From NCBI GenBank assembly GCA_963812605.1, contig CAWEWF010000001.1:544001-608000 (forward strand): a stretch of DNA of 64,000 bases, given 5' to 3'. The notes under the pieces were generated by a model. It was not told where the DNA came from. It made no database searches and saw nothing but the letters and a program-made list of their open reading frames with translations. This document shows, piece by piece, positions 54,072-64,000 of this stretch. The number at the start of each line of letters is the position of its first letter. Position 1 is the first letter of the stretch. This DNA is from an uncultured Verrucomicrobiae bacterium (GTDB taxonomy: Bacteria > Verrucomicrobiota > Verrucomicrobiia > Palsa-1439). A program made the position numbers and the translations under genes.

Positions 54072-54878
54072 ATGGAATATCGAACTGTCTGGATGTCCGA
54101 TCTGCACCTGGGCACTCGCGGCAGCGACGTCGCGGGCGTGCTGGATTTTCTCAAGCACAACGAGTTCGAGACGCTGTACCTGGTCGGGGATATCATCGAC
54201 ATCTGGCGATTGCGCCGGGAGCGCTATTGGCCGCAGTCCCACAACGACGTGATCCAGAAGATCCTGCGCAAGGCGCGCAAAGGGACGGAGGTCGTGGTCA
54301 TTCCCGGCAATCACGACGAGTTTTGCCTCAACTTCCTCGGAGTCTACGGCAATATCCTCGTGAAGGAACAACACGTGCACACCACGGCGGACGGCGTGCG
54401 GCTGCTGGTGTTGCACGGGCACGAGTTCGACTCCGTCACCATGCACGCGAAGTGGATGGCCCATTTGGGGGACGCCGGCTATACCTTGTTGCTGCAGTTG
54501 AATCGTCCGCTGAACCTGGTGCGCCGTTTGTTCGGGTTCGGTTATTGGTCGTTTAGCGCTTACGTGAAACAAAGCGTCAAAAAAGTCGTCAACGTGGTCA
54601 GCCGATTCGAGGAGGCCGTGGCCCACTACGCCGAACTGCATCACGTCGACGGGATCGTCTGCGGGCACATCCACACCCCGGCGGTGCGGCAGATTCGCGG
54701 CGTGAATTACTATAACACGGGTGACTGGGTTGAGAGCAGCACCGCGTTGGTTGAGCATTTTGACGGGCGCCTGGAACTGGTGTACTGGCGCGAGGAAAGC
54801 GCAGGCAACACGATGGAGATCGAGGCCACTCCATCGGATCTGGCGGACAAATCCGGACTGATCACCGCTGCGCGCTAG
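54072..54878 (+). CDS. UDP-2,3-diacylglucosamine diphosphatase-like metallophosphoesterase
   Basis: SDLHLG, GDIID, GNHD, GHIH, NTGDW. Confidence 0.88.
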   Translation: MEYRTVWMSDLHLGTRGSDVAGVLDFLKHNEFETLYLVGDIIDIWRLRRERYWPQSHNDVIQKILRKARKGTEVVVIPGNHDEFCLNFLGVYGNILVKEQHVHTTADGVRLLVLHGHEFDSVTMHAKWMAHLGDAGYTLLLQLNRPLNLVRRLFGFGYWSFSAYVKQSVKKVVNVVSRFEEAVAHYAELHHVDGIVCGHIHTPAVRQIRGVNYYNTGDWVESSTALVEHFDGRLELVYWREESAGNTMEIEATPSDLADKSGLITAAR

Positions 54879-55040
54879 AATTCCCTCGTAAATGGCAGCA
54901 TGCGCTTTCGCGCTGTCGTCCTTGGAATTCAATTCTTTCGGCCTTGCTTGTCACTCCCCAAAACCTGATATACGTAGCAGCACCTTGCAGGAAAGCTGTT
55001 AACGGTTGACGTTGTATTATTCAACGGGAGGGACGACGAG

Positions 55041-56498
55041 ATGAAGACTTACAAGAACTACGTCAACAACGAATGGGTCAGCGGCGCGGGTACCCGCGAT
55101 GTTTTCAATCCCGCCACGGGCGAGCCGTTTGCGGTCGTCCCGGAGACTGACAATGCGGACGTGGATCGCGCGGTGCAGGCGGCGCGCGCGGCGTTCGACA
55201 CCACGAACTGGCGTGACTCTTCCCAGGCGATGGCCCGCGGCCGCGTGCTGTTCAAGATGGCCGAACTTGTCCGCAAGAACGCCGCGATGCTGGCCGAGTT
55301 GGAGACGCTGAATGGCGGCAAGCCAATTGTCGAAAGTGAATTCGACATGAATGACGTCGCGACGTGCTTCGAGTATTTCGGCGGCCTGGCGACGAAAGTG
55401 CATGGGGAAACGCTGGCTGTTCCCGATAACGCGCTGAACTTCACCTTGCGCGAACCCGTCGGCGTCGCCGCCCTCATTATTCCCTGGAATTATCCGCTGA
55501 TGATGGCCGCGTGGAAACTCGGCCCCGCGCTGGCGGCGGGCTGCGCCGTGATTCTCAAACCCGCCGAGCAAACGCCACTCACCGCGCTCGAATTCGCGAA
55601 GCTGGTGCAGAAGCACATCCCCGAATTGCCCGCGGGCATTTTCAACGTCGTGACCGGCGACGTGGTGGCGGGCCGGGCGCTCGTCGAATCGGCGCACGTC
55701 GACAAGGTCGCGTTCACGGGCGGTGCCGACACCGGCAAGGCCATCCTGCGCAGCATCGGCAGCACGCACCTGAAGAAGGTTTCGCTCGAACTCGGCGGCA
55801 AATCGCCCAACATCTTTTTCGCCGATGCGGATCTCGACGCCGCCACCGACGGCGCGCTGTTCGGCGTCTTTATCAACCAGGGCGAAGTGTGCAGCGCGGG
55901 ATCGCGCGTGCTCGTCCAGCAGGACATCTTCAAGAAATTCATGGAGCGCATGAAAGAGAAGACCAAGCGCATCAAGTTGGGCGACCCGCGGAAACGCGAG
56001 ACGAAGATGGGGCCGCTGGTTAGTGAAGAGCACCTCGAAAAAGTCGCGAGCTACATCGAGATCGGCAAGAAGGAGGCGAAGCTCCTTGCCGGCGGCAATC
56101 GCCCGAAGAATTTCAAAAAAGGCTACTACCTCGAACCGACGATCTTTGAGACCGACAACACGACGCGCATTGCCCGCGAGGAAATTTTCGGCCCGGTTGT
56201 GGCGTGCATTCCCTTCAAGGACGAAGCCGACGCGCTCCAGATCGCCAACGACACACCCTACGGTCTCGCCGCCGCCGTGTGGTCCCGCGACATCTTCAAG
56301 TGCTTGCGCGTCGTGAAAAATCTCCGCGCCGGCATCGTCTGGGTCAACACCATGCAACCGTGCTACGTCGAGTCCCCGTGGGGCGGCTACAAAGCCAGTG
56401 GCCAGGGCCGCGAGCTGTCCCTGCACGGCATGGACGAGTTTTTGGAGACGAAACAGGTCCACATCAACCTCAGCGAAACGCCGATTGGGTGGTATTAG
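55041..56498 (+). CDS. aldehyde dehydrogenase (aminoaldehyde/betaine-aldehyde type)
   Basis: PWNYP, ELGGKSP, NQGEVCSAG, EIFGP, PWGGYK. Confidence 0.92.
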   Translation: MKTYKNYVNNEWVSGAGTRDVFNPATGEPFAVVPETDNADVDRAVQAARAAFDTTNWRDSSQAMARGRVLFKMAELVRKNAAMLAELETLNGGKPIVESEFDMNDVATCFEYFGGLATKVHGETLAVPDNALNFTLREPVGVAALIIPWNYPLMMAAWKLGPALAAGCAVILKPAEQTPLTALEFAKLVQKHIPELPAGIFNVVTGDVVAGRALVESAHVDKVAFTGGADTGKAILRSIGSTHLKKVSLELGGKSPNIFFADADLDAATDGALFGVFINQGEVCSAGSRVLVQQDIFKKFMERMKEKTKRIKLGDPRKRETKMGPLVSEEHLEKVASYIEIGKKEAKLLAGGNRPKNFKKGYYLEPTIFETDNTTRIAREEIFGPVVACIPFKDEADALQIANDTPYGLAAAVWSRDIFKCLRVVKNLRAGIVWVNTMQPCYVESPWGGYKASGQGRELSLHGMDEFLETKQVHINLSETPIGWY

Positions 56499-56609
56499 CC
56501 GGGTCTTTATTGCTATCCTAAGTCAGTCGAGGAATATCTGCCGCGGCCTGTGGGCCGGTGAGATGATGTGTTCTTGAAAACTCAGCAACCTCGCCCCATA
56601 CTCATCGCG

Positions 56610-57591
56610 ATGTCTGCTCATTCAACGGACGCAACCAGCGCTTTGTCGGGCCTCACGACTGCTCGAACGGATGCAGTAGTACAGGATTCAATCGTCTCAA
56701 AGTCTTACAGGACACGGGGTGGCATCATGTATCAGGGCCACGCGGAAGCCGCGCTTACATCTGCAGGATTCGAGCAGTATCGTGGCAAAGTGCAGATGAT
56801 TTTTACTTCGCCGCCATTCCCGCTGAATAGAAAAAAGAAGTACGGCAACTTCCAAGGCGAGGCATACTCGAAGTGGCTCGCGAGCTTCGCACCAATTTTC
56901 CGCGATCTATTGAAGAAGGACGGCTCGATTGTGATGGAGATGGGCAATGCTTGGGAGCCGGGCAAGCCAGTTATGTCCACACTGGCACTCCGTGCACTGC
57001 TCACCTTTCTCGATGCTGGCAGGTTTCACCTTTGTCAGCAATTCGTTTGCTATAACCCCGCTAGGCTACCCAGCCGGACAGTGGGTAAACGTCGAGAGAA
57101 TTAGGGTGAAGGATGCATTCACTCACGTCTGGTGGATGTCCCCGTCGGAGCGTCCGAAAGCCAACAATCGCGGTGTCCTACAAGAATACAGCTCGTCCAT
57201 GAAGAAACTGCTTGCCTCGAAGAAATATAACTCAGGTAAGCGACCCTCTGAGCATCACATCGGCGTATCCTCCTTTCTCAAGAACAACGACGGCGCGATA
57301 CCGCCGAATGTGCTGACTTACGCGAACACGAGTGCAAGTGATGACTACCTAAAGTACTGTCGCAAAAATGGATTGCAGCTTCATCCGGCGCGAATGCCTG
57401 CGAAATTGCCTGAGTTCTTTATCAAGCTTCTAACCAACCCTAAGAATCTCGTTCTCGATCCGTTCGCTGGCAGCAACACGACTGGTGCTGCTGCCGAGCG
57501 GCTGAAACGCCGGTGGATGTCGATTGAACTCAATCCAACGTATGTCGCGGGATCAAGAGGACGCTTTGACAACATCCTCCCGGAGAAGTAA
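56610..57591 (+). CDS. beta-class N4-cytosine DNA methyltransferase, M.PvuII-like (frameshift near 57074)
   Basis: TSPPF, RKK.YGN, RVKDA, IPPN, HPARMPAKLPEFFI, DPFAGSNTTG, colinear with M.PvuII as recalled. Confidence 0.9.
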
Positions 57592-57594
57592 CAG

Positions 57595-59895
57595 ATGACG
57601 ACACGAGAGTTCTACGACGCGCTCGTAACAGCATCGACAGTTAAAGACGTAAGCGAAGCTCTCCGTGCTTTTGAATTGAGCCACAGCGGTGAGGAGCGTT
57701 GGGTGCCGGTTGGTGCGCGTGACAACAACCGAGGTGCAATCGAAGCATCAGCAGATCCCGGTCGGTCTCTTGTCGAACGACTCACCAACGGAATCGATGC
57801 AGTGCTTGAAGCCGAGCATAATAGCCATGACGGCCTTCCTCTGTGCCGCAGTCCCAAAGAAGCGGCAGCAGCTTGGTTGAATGTAGCGGAAGGCGGCTTA
57901 AGTGAGATGACAGCCGCACAAAGACGATCTCTTGCACTACGTGCGGCGGTAATCCTCCGTGATGGGGACGGAAAAGATGGACGGTTGGTGGAAGTAAGAG
58001 ACAATGGAATTGGCCTTACTCCTGACCAAATGCCAACAACGATCCTCAGTCTCAATGAAAGCAACAAGATGCAGAAGCACTATCTTGCCGGCACTTACGG
58101 GCAGGGCGGTTCGAGCACTTACGCAGTCAGCAAGTACACGCTCATCGCCAGTCGTTGCAATGGCTATCCAACCGTTGGCTTCACCTTGGTTTGCTTCTTA
58201 GATTTGCCGCCGGAGCAATTCAAGACCGGCCACTACGTGTACCTGACATTAAACGGTTCTGTTCTCCAGATGGAACTACCGCTGGAGGAATTTGCGACAG
58301 GCACGGTCGTTAAGCACTTCGGGTACGACCTCAGCAATTATGCCTCTCCGATTGGGCCGAACAGCGTGTACGGATTGCTGAACCAAATTCTATTCGATCC
58401 AGTAATGCCCGTGTGGCTTGACAACCAAGTTCACGGATACCGACGGGTTATCAAAGGGTCTCGGAATGCATTGAACGGCGCGGTCGATGATGGTGACGAA
58501 AACCGGCGTGGCCCACCTTTGTCACACAATGTTCGCATGTTTCATATATCTCTTGGCGACTACGGTCGGATCGGCATTGAATACTGGGTGTTGGAGCGAC
58601 CATCGAAAGAGAACAAGAACCCGATAGCTGCGTTTGTGAATCCCTCTCGGCCGATTGTATTAACTCTTCATGGTCAAAATCATGCCGAGCTGGGCCGAAC
58701 GCTTGTAAAGAAGGACGCCGAGCTGCCTTATCTGACCCAGCGGCTGATCTGCCACGTAGACTGCAACTCGCTGACGCCATATGCGAAGCGTGTTCTGTTC
58801 GTCTCAAACCGGGAAGAAGTGCGGCGTGGCGCTGTCTACAACCTCATCGAGCAAGAAGTGGTACGGGCATTGCGTTCTGACGATGAACTTGTTCGTTTGA
58901 ATAACGAAGCTCGCGAGCATAGCCTTCGGGAGCGTGATGAAACCGCAGTTCAGGAGATGCAACGGGAAGTTGCGCGACTTCTGCGGATTTATGGAATCAA
59001 TCTTGCCGAGGCTGTTGGTAGCGAAGCAGGGGGGCAGGAAGCTGGCCAAGTTCGTCCTACGCGCCCACACCCGCCTCGTCCACCACCGGTACCAATTGAA
59101 TTGCACGACCCTCCAACATACATTCGATTTCGTTGGTCGGATGGTGAGCCGATTCGGTTTCATCCTGAACAGAGACGTTTCATCAGAGTTGAGACAGACG
59201 CAAATAGCCTCTACCATAATCCAAACAACCCAACAGCCTCGCAAGTTAACATCATCCTCTCGTGCGCCGGTGTGAAGCTTTGCGGATCGACGCCATTGCA
59301 GGGAGGGAGGATGCGTGCGATTTGTGAAGCAAGTTCAACCGCGAGAGTGGGCGACGTGGGAACAATTCGTATCGAACTGACCCGACCCGGGCTATCCACA
59401 TTGTCCGATGAGCGCCCCATTTCGATAGTGCAGCAGCCGCTTGTACGCCCAGCTGCGCGACAGACTAGTCTACCCCCATTCGAGATTCGACCTGTCGAAG
59501 GACCAGACGTTGAGCAGTGGAACGTTTTGGGGTGGCCTGAGAACGTCAACTCCGTGGCTTCGTCTGCTGTCATGGAGAGTGGCACGCTCATCATCTACTA
59601 CTCGACAGTATATCCGAAATACGCGAGTCAGTTCATGTCATTTGAGGGGCGCGACCCTGCGCTCGCCAACTCATTTAGGAAGCGATACGAGATCTGGCTC
59701 GCGACACATTCGCTGCTTTACTACCAAGATCAGCAAACCGCATCTGCTGAAGCAGCGCAACGCGGCCAACCGGAAGAGAACGATGATTTGGCAGAAGCCA
59801 GAGAACGACAAGAGCGTTGTCGAATCGCGACACTCGCCACGCTGTTTGGAGCACGCGAAGTGCAGATTCCAGGAGCGCTCACAGAAACGGACTAA
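57595..59895 (+). CDS. GHKL (Hsp90/MORC-like) ATPase-domain protein
   Basis: Bergerat motifs ERLTNGIDA, DNGIG, GTYGQGG, TGT; uncharacterised C-terminal half. Confidence 0.82.
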   Translation: MTTREFYDALVTASTVKDVSEALRAFELSHSGEERWVPVGARDNNRGAIEASADPGRSLVERLTNGIDAVLEAEHNSHDGLPLCRSPKEAAAAWLNVAEGGLSEMTAAQRRSLALRAAVILRDGDGKDGRLVEVRDNGIGLTPDQMPTTILSLNESNKMQKHYLAGTYGQGGSSTYAVSKYTLIASRCNGYPTVGFTLVCFLDLPPEQFKTGHYVYLTLNGSVLQMELPLEEFATGTVVKHFGYDLSNYASPIGPNSVYGLLNQILFDPVMPVWLDNQVHGYRRVIKGSRNALNGAVDDGDENRRGPPLSHNVRMFHISLGDYGRIGIEYWVLERPSKENKNPIAAFVNPSRPIVLTLHGQNHAELGRTLVKKDAELPYLTQRLICHVDCNSLTPYAKRVLFVSNREEVRRGAVYNLIEQEVVRALRSDDELVRLNNEAREHSLRERDETAVQEMQREVARLLRIYGINLAEAVGSEAGGQEAGQVRPTRPHPPRPPPVPIELHDPPTYIRFRWSDGEPIRFHPEQRRFIRVETDANSLYHNPNNPTASQVNIILSCAGVKLCGSTPLQGGRMRAICEASSTARVGDVGTIRIELTRPGLSTLSDERPISIVQQPLVRPAARQTSLPPFEIRPVEGPDVEQWNVLGWPENVNSVASSAVMESGTLIIYYSTVYPKYASQFMSFEGRDPALANSFRKRYEIWLATHSLLYYQDQQTASAEAAQRGQPEENDDLAEARERQERCRIATLATLFGAREVQIPGALTETD

Positions 59896-59907
59896 TCCAA
59901 AGCATTC

Positions 59908-61269
59908 ATGTGTTATAAAACCGTTTCCCTCAAGACACCAATTCCTGGTCCCAAAAGCCAGGCGTTGCTGGCGCGGCGGAAGGCGGCGGTGCCGCAGGGG
60001 CCGTTTAACATTGCGCCGATCTTCGTGGAACGCGGCGAGGGCGTAACTGTCACTGATGTTGATGGAAACGTGTTTCTGGATTTCTCGGGCGGGCTTGGGT
60101 CGCTGAATGCGGGGCATGCCAACCCGAAAGTTGTGGAGGCGGTGACGGCGCAGGCGCGAAAGTATCTGCACACCTGTTTCCACATTGCCCAGTACGAGCC
60201 GTACATCGCTTTGGCGGAGAAACTGAATGCCATCACGCCCGGCAAGTTCGCGAAGAAGACATTGCTTCTCAATAGCGGCGCGGAAGCAGTCGAGAACGCG
60301 GTGAAGATTGCGCGGTATTACACGAAACGACCAGCGGTGATTGGTTTCGAACACGGGTTTGCCGGACGCACACTCCTGGCGATGACGCTGACCAGCAAGG
60401 TAATGCCCTACAAGTTTGGATTCGGCCCGTTCGCGCCCGAAGTGTATCGGCTGCCGTACCCGTATACGTATCGAAGTGGATTTGACGAAACGACCACAGG
60501 CAGGGACGCCTGTGCCACCAAGGGTTTTGAGGCTTTTGCAATCGAACAGATGCACGAGTTCTTTCACACCCACGTTGACTCGAAGCAGGTCGCTTGTGTG
60601 GTCATGGAACTGGTGTTGGGCGAAGGCGGTTTCGTTGTCGCGCCGAAACCGTATGTGCAGGCGCTGGCGAAGTTTTGCAGGGAAAACGGCATTCTATTCA
60701 TTGCGGACGAAATCCAGACGGGCTTTGCGCGCACGGGTAAAATGTTCGCGACGGAGCATTATGATTTCGAGCCAGATTTGATTACCACCGCAAAATCGCT
60801 GGCGGGCGGAATGCCGTTGTCGGCGGTGACCGGTCGGGCGGAGATCATGGACAGCGTGCACGTCGGCGGCCTGGGCGGCACGTACGGCGGCAACCCCGTG
60901 GCCTGCGCGGCGGCGTTGGCGACGATTGACGAGATCGAACGGATGAACCTGCCGGCGCGCGCGGAGAAAATTGGCGAGAAATTGCGGGGCCGCGCGTTGG
61001 CCTGGCAGAAGAAACACCCGCTGATCGGCGATGTGCGCGGGTTGGGTGCGATGGTGGCGATGGAATTCGTCAAGGACCGCCAGACCAGAGAGCCGGCCAG
61101 GGAATTCACCGTGAAGTTGATCCAGCGCTGCGTCGAGAACGGCGTGATCCTTATTTATGCCGGCACGCACAGCAACGTCCTGCGGTATCTCGTCCCGCTG
61201 ATCATCACCGATGAACAGCTTGAGGAAGGGCTTGATGTGATTGAGAAGCAGTTGTTCAACCGCGAATGA
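59908..61269 (+). CDS. gabT: 4-aminobutyrate aminotransferase
   Basis: NSGAEAVENAVKIAR, GEGGF, DEIQTGFARTG, AKSLAGG, GGTYGGNP. Confidence 0.9.
   Translation: MCYKTVSLKTPIPGPKSQALLARRKAAVPQGPFNIAPIFVERGEGVTVTDVDGNVFLDFSGGLGSLNAGHANPKVVEAVTAQARKYLHTCFHIAQYEPYIALAEKLNAITPGKFAKKTLLLNSGAEAVENAVKIARYYTKRPAVIGFEHGFAGRTLLAMTLTSKVMPYKFGFGPFAPEVYRLPYPYTYRSGFDETTTGRDACATKGFEAFAIEQMHEFFHTHVDSKQVACVVMELVLGEGGFVVAPKPYVQALAKFCRENGILFIADEIQTGFARTGKMFATEHYDFEPDLITTAKSLAGGMPLSAVTGRAEIMDSVHVGGLGGTYGGNPVACAAALATIDEIERMNLPARAEKIGEKLRGRALAWQKKHPLIGDVRGLGAMVAMEFVKDRQTREPAREFTVKLIQRCVENGVILIYAGTHSNVLRYLVPLIITDEQLEEGLDVIEKQLFNRE
60495..60519 (-). repeat. REP-like palindrome inside the gabT coding frame
   Basis: GGTGG-CACAGGC-GTCCCT-GCCTGTG on the minus strand; translates as TGRDACAT. 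Confidence 0.6.
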
Positions 61270-61275
61270 ACGCGA

Positions 61276-62385
61276 ATGGCCGCGAATCGAAATTTCGTTG
61301 TTCTTGGTGGCGTGGGCGCGATTGGGCGGGTGGTGGTGCGCGATTTGTTTGAATCGCATCCGCGGAACCACATCCTAATTGTGGACTACAACGAAGTGGG
61401 CGCGCGCGCGTATGCGCGTTCGTTTCACGGGCGGCGCGTTACGGCGGCCTTTGCGGATGCCGGGCAGTCGAAACAACTTGCGAAACTCTTCCGCGGCCAC
61501 GCCGTCGTCATCAATTGCACGCAGCACGACTTCAACCTGAAGGTGATGCGCGCGGCGCTGGCGGCGAAAGTCCACTATCTTGACCTGGGGGGATTGTTTC
61601 ACTGGACGCGCCGGCAATTGAAACTTAACCGCCAGTTCCAGCACGCAGGATTGACGGCGATTCTCGGCGCGGGCTGCGCGCCGGGCATCACCAATGTGAT
61701 GACGCGCGCGGTCGCTGACCGGCTCGACCGCGTCACGTCCGTGCGCATTCGCGTTGGCGCAAAAGATTTGAACGCCAAGCCCGCCGATTTCTTCTTCCCG
61801 TATTCCGCGCAGACGATTGTGGAGGAACTGACCCTCAAGCCGTGGGTGTTCGTGCGCGGAAGATTCAAGCAAGTGAAACCCCGTACGGGTTGGGAGCGAG
61901 TTGGTTTTTCAAGGCCGGTTGGCGCTCAGTCGGTGGTGTTGACGCGACATAGTGAGGTCGCGACAATTCCATTGACGTTTCGGGCGAAAAGTCTGCGGGA
62001 ATGCGACTTCAAAGTCGGTTTTGATCGCAAGTTTGTGCGCGAAGTGACCAGACGACTGAAAGCGGGCTGGAGAGTCCAGGATTTCGCGAAGCTACCAGTA
62101 CCACGGGGCAAGCCGAACGATTATGAAGTGTCCCGTGTGATTGTTGGCGGGAACAGGAAAACAGTCACGATGGATTGCCATGCAAAAGCGAATCGCCGCT
62201 GGCACGCCAGCGCGGGCGACATCGACACGGGCTGTCCGCCGTCGATCATTGCGCAGATGATTGTAACGGGCCTGGTTGCGCGACGAGGAGTGCTGCCACC
62301 GGAAGTGGCGGTGCCGGTCGAGCCGTTCTTCGCGGAATTGCGCAAGCGCGGGATGAAGATCGTCGTGAAGGAGAGCAAACCATGA
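61276..62385 (+). CDS. saccharopine dehydrogenase-like oxidoreductase
   Basis: GGVGAIG, HYLDLGG, GCAPGITN, HSEVAT, GVLPPE. Confidence 0.88.
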   Translation: MAANRNFVVLGGVGAIGRVVVRDLFESHPRNHILIVDYNEVGARAYARSFHGRRVTAAFADAGQSKQLAKLFRGHAVVINCTQHDFNLKVMRAALAAKVHYLDLGGLFHWTRRQLKLNRQFQHAGLTAILGAGCAPGITNVMTRAVADRLDRVTSVRIRVGAKDLNAKPADFFFPYSAQTIVEELTLKPWVFVRGRFKQVKPRTGWERVGFSRPVGAQSVVLTRHSEVATIPLTFRAKSLRECDFKVGFDRKFVREVTRRLKAGWRVQDFAKLPVPRGKPNDYEVSRVIVGGNRKTVTMDCHAKANRRWHASAGDIDTGCPPSIIAQMIVTGLVARRGVLPPEVAVPVEPFFAELRKRGMKIVVKESKP

Positions 62386-63800
62386 AAATGTGCGTGGGCG
62401 GCAAATGGGTCGAGACGGACGAAAAAATCGAAGTGCTGAATCCATACGACAATACGGTGGTGGACACGGTACCGCACGCCCGGGCCGCGGACATTGAAGC
62501 GGCGCTTGCGGCGGCGGTGCGCGGAGCGAAGATCATGGCGAAGCTCACGGCGTGGGAGCGTTATCAGATCCTGAAGAAGACGGCCGAGAAACTCGAAGCC
62601 CGGGCGGAGGAATCCGCACGCACCATCACGTTGGAGGAAGGGAAGGCGATCAGTGAAGGTCGATTCGAGGTGGGTCGCGCGGCGGAAACGCTGACACTGT
62701 CCGCCGAGGAAGCGCGACGGATTCACGGGGAAACCGTGCCGCTGGATGCCTCGCCGGGAGGGGCGGGCAAGATGGGTTTTACGTTGCGGGTGCCGTGCGG
62801 CGTGGTGGTGGCGATCAGCCCGTTCAACTTTCCGTTGAATCTCGTGGTGCACAAAGTGGGGCCAGCCATCGCGGCGGGCAACGCCGTGATCATCAAACCG
62901 CCGTCGAACACCCCGCTTTCGGCGCTGAAGCTGACGGAACTGCTCCTGGAATGCGGGTTGCCGTCCGAAGCGATCTCGTGTTTGACGGGACCCGGCGGCG
63001 AACTCGGCGATGCGCTCTGTCGCGACCAACGGGTGCGGAAAATCACATTCACCGGCAGCGTGCCCGTCGGGGAACGGATCTGCCGGACGGCCGGCATCAA
63101 GAAGGTGACGATGGAACTCGGCAGCAACTCGCCGATCATCGTCATGCCCGACGCGGATTTGGAAACAGTGGCGGAGGCGGTCGCGGCGACCGGCTATTCG
63201 AATGCGGGCCAGGTCTGCATCTCGACCCAGCGCGTGATTGCGCAGCAAGCGGTCTACGAGGATGTGTTGGCTGCGACGAAATTGAAAGTCGAGGCGTTGA
63301 CGATCGGCAATCCGCTGGACGAGAAGACGAAGGTCGGGCCAATGATTCGCGAACACGAGGCGATACGCGTCGAACAGTGGGTGCAGGAAGCCGTGAAGGG
63401 TGGTGGACGCGTGGTCACGGGAGGCGTTCGACGTGGGGCGATTTACATGCCGACAATTATTGCCGACGTGAAGCCCGAGATGCGGATCTCCTGTGAGGAG
63501 TTGTTCGGTCCGGCGGTGGCGTTTACACCATTCCATGATGTCGAAGAGGCGCTCGCGCTTGCCAACGACAGCCCCTTCGGCCTGGCGGCGGGCGTGTTCA
63601 CGGAGAGCCTGGATACCGCGATGAAGTTTGCCCGGGAACTGGAAACGGGCAACATCCATATCAATTGGGGACCGCAATGGCGCGCGGACCTGATGCCCTA
63701 TGGCGGCCTGAAAAACAGTGGTTTTGGGAAGGAAGGCCCGCGGTACGCGGTCGAAGAAATGACCGAACTGAAAATGGTGGTTTTTCACCTGAAATATTGA
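62382..63800 (+). CDS. aldehyde dehydrogenase
   Basis: PFNFP, FTGS, ELGSN, GQVC, ELFGP. Confidence 0.93.
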   Translation: MKMCVGGKWVETDEKIEVLNPYDNTVVDTVPHARAADIEAALAAAVRGAKIMAKLTAWERYQILKKTAEKLEARAEESARTITLEEGKAISEGRFEVGRAAETLTLSAEEARRIHGETVPLDASPGGAGKMGFTLRVPCGVVVAISPFNFPLNLVVHKVGPAIAAGNAVIIKPPSNTPLSALKLTELLLECGLPSEAISCLTGPGGELGDALCRDQRVRKITFTGSVPVGERICRTAGIKKVTMELGSNSPIIVMPDADLETVAEAVAATGYSNAGQVCISTQRVIAQQAVYEDVLAATKLKVEALTIGNPLDEKTKVGPMIREHEAIRVEQWVQEAVKGGGRVVTGGVRRGAIYMPTIIADVKPEMRISCEELFGPAVAFTPFHDVEEALALANDSPFGLAAGVFTESLDTAMKFARELETGNIHINWGPQWRADLMPYGGLKNSGFGKEGPRYAVEEMTELKMVVFHLKY

Positions 63801-63925
63801 TGTGTTGACCTTATTTTGGGGTCTGTGCTACAAGTTCGGCGACGTTCAGGAGGAGGAAGGTGACGTTCCGGTAACGATCGACCATGCGAACGGTGTCACA
63901 GCCAAGATCGGGAGGCGCGTCAGTT

Positions 63926-64000
63926 GTGGACACGCAGTTACAGAACAATAATATCAGAGTCGAACGGAAGCATTTCACGTTTGACCTGAGAGAGAACCCG
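63926..64000 (+). CDS. PurA/DUF3276-like nucleic-acid-binding protein, 5' fragment (runs off window)
   Basis: GGAGG then GTG start; MDTQLQNNNIRVERKHFTFDLRENP. Confidence 0.6.
   Translation, partial: MDTQLQNNNIRVERKHFTFDLRENP

Overview
GC-rich bacterial chromosomal window, most consistent with Verrucomicrobiota (inferred from the PEP-CTERM protein, two H-X9-DG prepilin-like genes, TMTC-like TPR proteins and a verrucomicrobial-type C-terminal tail on a 1.2 kaa surface protein). Housekeeping content: a two-component pair, the complete F1Fo ATP synthase operon (minus strand, with a Rex-like operator), ppx, an Mla/MCE transporter, a surface-glycosylation neighbourhood, rex, thrB, tmRNA (ssrA), glpK and a putrescine/GABA catabolic cluster. 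Three accessory insertions stand out. (1) A ~2.9 kb element carrying a large serine recombinase is integrated at the CCACCA 3' end of tmRNA. It holds a complete, perfectly matching inverted internal copy of its own attP, which makes two nested invertible segments. One inversion would swap the recombinase's tmRNA-derived C-terminus for its native one. (2) An M.PvuII-like N4-cytosine methyltransferase plus a GHKL/MORC-like ATPase, with no recognisable nuclease, sits inside the polyamine cluster, in a window where CAGCTG looks nearly absent on a by-eye scan. (3) A two-gene NDT/TIR-like cassette lies between atpA and atpG. Many genes at 14-28 kb carry single frameshifts that look like read errors. 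All family assignments come from motif recognition; no searches were run.
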